Assembly (NCBI GenBank): GCA_030606485.1
Contig: JAUWGH010000004.1
Span: 210,001 to 242,000 of the forward strand
DNA: 32,000 nt
Direction: 5' to 3'
DNA from: Promethearchaeota archaeon
GTDB lineage: Archaea; Asgardarchaeota; Lokiarchaeia; Sigyniarchaeales; SOKP01
Part shown: positions 27,522 to 32,000 of the stretch, piece by piece
Numbering within the stretch: position 1 is the first letter of the stretch
Layout: each line of letters opens with the position of its first letter
Notes under the pieces: model-generated
The model's database searches: none
What the model was told of the DNA's origin: nothing
What the model saw: the letters and a program-made list of their open reading frames with translations, nothing else
Made by a program: the position numbers and the translations under genes

Positions 27522-28172
27522 TTATTTTATCTCAATACGTTCGCCAGTAATCATATAATGAATTTTTTCTGCCATCTTACATGCATGATCTCCACATCTC
27601 TCAAGATAACGAGCAATCATTATGTAAGCTATGCATATAGAAATATTTGCAGGAGATTCCATCATATACGTAAGACATTCGCGAAAAATTGATAATCTTA
27701 ATTCATCTACTTCATCGTCTCGTTCTTCAAAATCTTTTAGAAATGATATATCGGATTTATCAAAAGCAACTAACGCGTTCTTTATCATTCCATTTACAAT
27801 TGACATCATGTGAGGAATACTGACAATTTTTTTAATGTGAATCTTTCCTTCTAATTCCTTAGTGGTTATATTTGTAATATCTTTCCCATAGCGCCCAATA
27901 CGGGTTAAATAAGTAATCATTTTGAGGATACAGGCAATTGTTCGTAAATCCCGCGCCATAGGTTGATAGAGAGCAATTAATTGTAATGCTTTTTCTTCAT
28001 TGCGATTATCATATTCCAACAATTTATCCTTCCTTGAGTAGATTTCTTCTGAATGATATATATTCAAATTTTTAAATGCTTCTATTGAACTATTGAGCAT
28101 ATCTAATGCATGAAAACCCATATCAAGGACTTGTTTTTTTAAATCTTCCAATTCATTATGAAATTTTTCCAT
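27522..28172 (-). CDS. phoU: Phosphate transport regulator PhoU
   Basis: IALYQPMARDLRTI, RIGRY, DDEVD, RYLERCGDHACKMAE. Confidence 0.95.
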   Translation of the reverse strand: MEKFHNELEDLKKQVLDMGFHALDMLNSSIEAFKNLNIYHSEEIYSRKDKLLEYDNRNEEKALQLIALYQPMARDLRTIACILKMITYLTRIGRYGKDITNITTKELEGKIHIKKIVSIPHMMSIVNGMIKNALVAFDKSDISFLKDFEERDDEVDELRLSIFRECLTYMMESPANISICIAYIMIARYLERCGDHACKMAEKIHYMITGERIEIK

Positions 28173-28184
28173 ATTTATTACCTC

Positions 28185-29018
28185 TTAACCGAATCTTCCA
28201 GTAATATAGTTTTCCGTTAATCTTTTTTTTGGTCTTTCAAAAATTTGTTTTGTTTCACCAAATTCAATTAGCTCTCCAATATACATAAAACATGTATAAT
28301 CACTTATCCTTGCTGCTTGCTGCATATTATGCGTAACTATAATAACGGTATATTTTTTTTTTAATTGATTGATTAAATCTTCAATTTTCCCCGAAGATAT
28401 AGGATCAAGAGAAGAAGTCGGTTCATCCATTAAAATTACTTCAGGTTCAACAGCTAAAGCTCTTGCGATACATAATCTTTGTTGTTGTCCTCCAGATAAA
28501 CCCATAGCAGAATCCTTTAATCGATTACATACTTCATCCCAAAGTACTGCTCTTTTAAGACTTGTTTCAACAATTTCTTCTAATTTATTAGTATCATTTA
28601 CTTTGTGAATTCTTGGACCGTATGCTACATTATCAAAGACTGACATCGGAAACGGATTTGGTTTTTGAAAAATCATACCTATTCTTTTCCGATATTGCAT
28701 AACATTATTGTTTGATGCATATATGTTTTTACCATGAAATCTAATTTCACCATTGATTTTGCAATTCTCAATAACATCATTCATTCGGTTAAAAGATCTG
28801 ATTAATGTACTCTTTCCACAACCAGAGGGACCGATAATCGCAGTGACTTTGTTCTTTTTGATCTTCAAATTAATATTTTTTAATGCATGATTATCATCAT
28901 ACCAGAGGTTCAGATCCTTACATTCAATTATATTATTGTTCTCATTTAAATTTCTAGCTGAATCTAAATCGCTATAATTTTCTTTTTTGTTATTTCTTAT
29001 TGAAACTTTTATATTCAT
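28185..29018 (-). CDS. pstB: Phosphate ABC transporter ATPase PstB
   Basis: [57 protein letters not shown]; ATG 29018 is preceded by GGTGA (29024-29028). Confidence 0.96.
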   Translation of the reverse strand: MNIKVSIRNNKKENYSDLDSARNLNENNNIIECKDLNLWYDDNHALKNINLKIKKNKVTAIIGPSGCGKSTLIRSFNRMNDVIENCKINGEIRFHGKNIYASNNNVMQYRKRIGMIFQKPNPFPMSVFDNVAYGPRIHKVNDTNKLEEIVETSLKRAVLWDEVCNRLKDSAMGLSGGQQQRLCIARALAVEPEVILMDEPTSSLDPISSGKIEDLINQLKKKYTVIIVTHNMQQAARISDYTCFMYIGELIEFGETKQIFERPKKRLTENYITGRFG

Positions 29019-29023
29019 TCGAA

Positions 29024-31033
29024 TCACCAAGTTTTTTTTCTTTTATAATGATTTCTCACAATAAATGCTATGCCATATAATATCAAAACTAAAAATAATA
29101 ATACAAGAGCCGTGCCAGCAGCTTGCAAATCAGCATATGGTACGTCTGTGGAGAGTATAAATAAATGAAATGTTAACGCCATGACTGGTTCTAAAGGAGA
29201 ATTTGGTAATTTTCTTTGCGAAAAAATTACAGCAGTAAATAAAATAGGAGCTGTTTCTCCAGCGGCTCTGCCCATACAAAGAACGATTCCTGTCACAATT
29301 CCTGGGATAGCTGCAGGTAAAATAATCTTACTTATACATTGCCATTTGGTTGAGCCTAAAGCTAAACTACCTTCTCTAAAAGATTGAGGAATGCTTTTTA
29401 CGGCTTCTTCCGTGGTTTTTATTATTGTTGGAAGAATCATTAATCCTAAACTTAATCCACCAGCAAGCATTGAGATACCAAAATCACAAAAAACAACAAA
29501 AAAAGCAAATCCAAACAAACCAAATACAATTGATGGTATTCCATTTAAATTATCTACCCCTGCTCGAATAAGATTTGAAATTTTACTATTTTTAGAAGAA
29601 TATTCTGAAAGGTAAATACCTGCTGCTACACCTATAGGAACTGCGAATAAAACAGAAATTCCTACAAGAGAAAGAGTTCCGATAATCGCGGGTAAAATCC
29701 CCCCTTCTCTTCCTAGATTACTTGGGAATTCCGTGAGAAATTCTAATGTAATAGCTGGAAGCCCTTTTATTACAATATAATAAATAATAATACCTACAAA
29801 AAATAATACTACAATAGAGGCAAATATAACTACACCATACCAAATTTTTTGCTTATTTTTGGCGGAAATAAATCTCATTACAAAAATTATACTACAAAAA
29901 ATTAAGGTAACCAAAAGAGCGTTTAACCAACCGATCCATGTGCTAATAATTAAAATAATTATTATTGAAACTATTGAATATGTTATGATGTGTTTATATT
30001 TTTTTAAAATATGTTTCAATCTCAAATAAAAATTATTTTCCTTTAATTTTTGAGTAAATATTAAATTTTTAAACCTTTTTTTATGTGATATTCCTTGAAA
30101 TCTTTTATTTAATCTTGATAAAATTTGGTTCGAAATAGTATTAACGGCTAGAGTAATAAGAAATAATATAATTCCTAAAGCAAATAAGGCCTCACGATGA
30201 ATGCTACCAGCAGGAGTTTCTCCCATTTCAAGTCCTATACTGGCAGTTATGGTCATTATACCAGAGAAAATATTTGTTATGGGATCAGGAATAATTGCGC
30301 AATTACCAGTTACCATTAAGATTGTCATAGTTTCCCCTAATGCTCTACCAATTCCCAAAATAATTGCCGTCATAATTCCAGAAAGAGATATTGGTAGAAC
30401 AACTTTAATTATCGTTTGCCATTTTGTCGCACCTATGGCAAGTGATGCCTCTCTGTAATGATTGGGCACGGCGCTAATTGCATCTTCAGATACACTCACT
30501 ATTGTTGGTAAGCACATTATTGCAAGTATTATTGACCCTGATAGCCAAGTATTCCCCGAAGGAATATTAAAAAAAATCCTTATAAATTGATTCAAAACAA
30601 TTATTCCAAAAAATCCATAAACCACAGAGGGTATTCCTGAGAGAATCTCTACAGCTCCTTTAAGAAATCTACTAATTCTTGGTGGAGCAATTTCAGCTAT
30701 AAAAATTGCGGTGCCAAGACCTAAGGGAATAGCAATCACCATTGCTCCAATTGTGACCAATAAAGTTCCCATTATTAATGGAGCAGCACCAAAATAATTC
30801 CTGCTAGGCAACCATTTCTCTCCAAATATAAAATCAAAAAAAGAAACTTTTTGAAAGAAACCCCCTCCTAAGGCAAACAAAAATATAATTATAAAAAATA
30901 TAAAAATTGTTGCTATAGAAGCAAATATAAAAAGAGATGATTTAATTAAACTTTCTTTAGAAAATGCTTTTTTTGAAAATTTTTCTTGAACTGTTTTTGA
31001 TACTTCTTCTTGATCATATAATTGTATTGACAT
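29024..31033 (-). CDS. pstCA: Fused phosphate ABC permease PstC-PstA
   Basis: Two permease repeats in one frame: GIPSVVYG...SEDAISAVP...GRALGETM (PstC) and GIPSIVFG...TEEAVKSIP...GRAAGETAP (PstA). Confidence 0.9.
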   Translation of the reverse strand: MSIQLYDQEEVSKTVQEKFSKKAFSKESLIKSSLFIFASIATIFIFFIIIFLFALGGGFFQKVSFFDFIFGEKWLPSRNYFGAAPLIMGTLLVTIGAMVIAIPLGLGTAIFIAEIAPPRISRFLKGAVEILSGIPSVVYGFFGIIVLNQFIRIFFNIPSGNTWLSGSIILAIMCLPTIVSVSEDAISAVPNHYREASLAIGATKWQTIIKVVLPISLSGIMTAIILGIGRALGETMTILMVTGNCAIIPDPITNIFSGIMTITASIGLEMGETPAGSIHREALFALGIILFLITLAVNTISNQILSRLNKRFQGISHKKRFKNLIFTQKLKENNFYLRLKHILKKYKHIITYSIVSIIIILIISTWIGWLNALLVTLIFCSIIFVMRFISAKNKQKIWYGVVIFASIVVLFFVGIIIYYIVIKGLPAITLEFLTEFPSNLGREGGILPAIIGTLSLVGISVLFAVPIGVAAGIYLSEYSSKNSKISNLIRAGVDNLNGIPSIVFGLFGFAFFVVFCDFGISMLAGGLSLGLMILPTIIKTTEEAVKSIPQSFREGSLALGSTKWQCISKIILPAAIPGIVTGIVLCMGRAAGETAPILFTAVIFSQRKLPNSPLEPVMALTFHLFILSTDVPYADLQAAGTALVLLFLVLILYGIAFIVRNHYKRKKTW

Positions 31034-31369
31034 TTTAAATTAGTGTTTCTTTTATTACTAATAGTTTTATAACTCCATTGCTTAAAGAATCAAAATCATA
31101 TGCGATATTATTTTTTATTTTTGCATCTTTTTACCTTTTCAAGAAAGAAAAATTAAGATTAAATAAAATCTATATCATCATATTCTCCATATATGAATAT
31201 ATTTTATAGAGAAATTTTGTGATATTAGAGGAATAATGGTTAGGATGATTTTTAATCAAATATAATTAAATAAATTATTGTTTTAAATAAAAAATATAGA
31301 GTTAGAATTTAAAAATTGAAAAAAAAGATATTAATTAAATTTTAAAATAACTCGAATTTTTTATTTGAA

Positions 31370-32000
31370 TTAACCCCATAAACGAACAAAACCTTCATCA
31401 TCGACGATTTGTTGTCCACATGGGCCAAAAATAAAGCTTAGAAAAGCTTTTGATGCGGCATTTGGTTCTCCGTTAGTTATTAAATGTAGATATCGTGATA
31501 TTTTATAAGATCCATTCTTTACATTAGCAATGGTTGGTGCTATACCATCTATTTCTACACCAATTACACTATTATCAAGATAACCCAAGCCAACAAATCC
31601 AATTGCATTTGGATTATTGGAGATTTCAGTTCTCATTACTCCATTAGATTGAGCTTTTAAGTGGTTAGCAACATCATTTTCATAATCTAAATCTTCTTCT
31701 AATCCTGTGAGGTCTTCAAAACTTGCTCTTGTTCCCGAACCTTCAACTCTATTCCAAACAACAATTATTGTTGTTGAAGTTGTGCTACCAACATCATCCC
31801 AACTATCGTATATTCCATTGTAAATTCCTACTAACTGTTCCATTGTAAGACTAGTTAAACCATGAGTATTATCAGCATCAAAAATAATAGCTATTCCGTC
31901 TAAGGCAAATGAAAAATCTTTCAAATTGCCAGTTACATTTTCATTTGGCGGTGATTTCACAGGACGTGAAGCCATACCAATATCTGTAATTCCATCAGTT
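31370..32000 (-). CDS. pstS: Phosphate-binding protein PstS (5' end beyond window)
   Basis: Frame is open to the edge (TDGITDIGMASR); FALDGIAII, RVEGSGTRASF, NAIGFVGLGY, YKISRYL; the listed Met at 31975 is internal. Confidence 0.92.
   Translation of the reverse strand, partial: TDGITDIGMASRPVKSPPNENVTGNLKDFSFALDGIAIIFDADNTHGLTSLTMEQLVGIYNGIYDSWDDVGSTTSTTIIVVWNRVEGSGTRASFEDLTGLEEDLDYENDVANHLKAQSNGVMRTEISNNPNAIGFVGLGYLDNSVIGVEIDGIAPTIANVKNGSYKISRYLHLITNGEPNAASKAFLSFIFGPCGQQIVDDEGFVRLWG

Noticed and set aside
493-30458. Short antisense or overlapping ORFs in the supplied track (e.g. 493-687, 1175-1408, 1746-1931, 2204-2513, 4508-4809, 5578-6189, 6632-6814, 7289-7480, 13384-13593, 17376-17573, 23798-24037, 25567-26349, 26851-27117, 27631-27813, 28369-28608, 29181-29615, 30201-30458)
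   Set aside because: They lie within well-supported genes, have no recognisable motifs and read like shadow-frame translations.
31034-31369. 335-nt spacer between pstS and pstCA, considered for Pho-box-like repeats
   Set aside because: Only AT-rich, low-information matches; no convincing periodic motif.
31370-31975. Apparently short (201 aa) PstS lacking a signal peptide
   Set aside because: Window-edge artefact; the frame stays open to position 32000.

Overview
Low-GC archaeal chromosome segment, most consistent with an Asgard archaeon (Lokiarchaeia-like; inferred from gene content, no marker phylogeny run). Supporting genes are an OSTC/DC2-like oligosaccharyltransferase subunit, a TFEbeta/RPC34-like factor, Trm1, MptE, a Fae domain, RadA/RadB paralogs and GGAGGT/GGTGA-type RBSs. 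Core loci: glycine cleavage gcvT-H-PA-PB plus a second gcvH, ferredoxin, M29 aminopeptidase, rlmE, trm1 and a pst/phoU operon with a PstC-PstA fusion; pstS runs off the right edge. I recognised no rRNA, tRNA, CRISPR array or mobile element. Best candidates for undescribed biology: (1) an operon of a 428-aa unknown protein plus a DapA-like aldolase fused to Fae, lacking the DHDPS substrate Arg, suggesting formaldehyde-channelling C1 metabolism next to the glycine cleavage system; (2) a DUF362 / class III PLP enzyme / kinase-like / HAD / polyprenyl-phosphate phosphoribosyltransferase cluster; (3) a GATase-like protein with a C-terminal C4HC3 RING/PHD-type finger. All family calls come from motif recognition by eye; no database searches were run.
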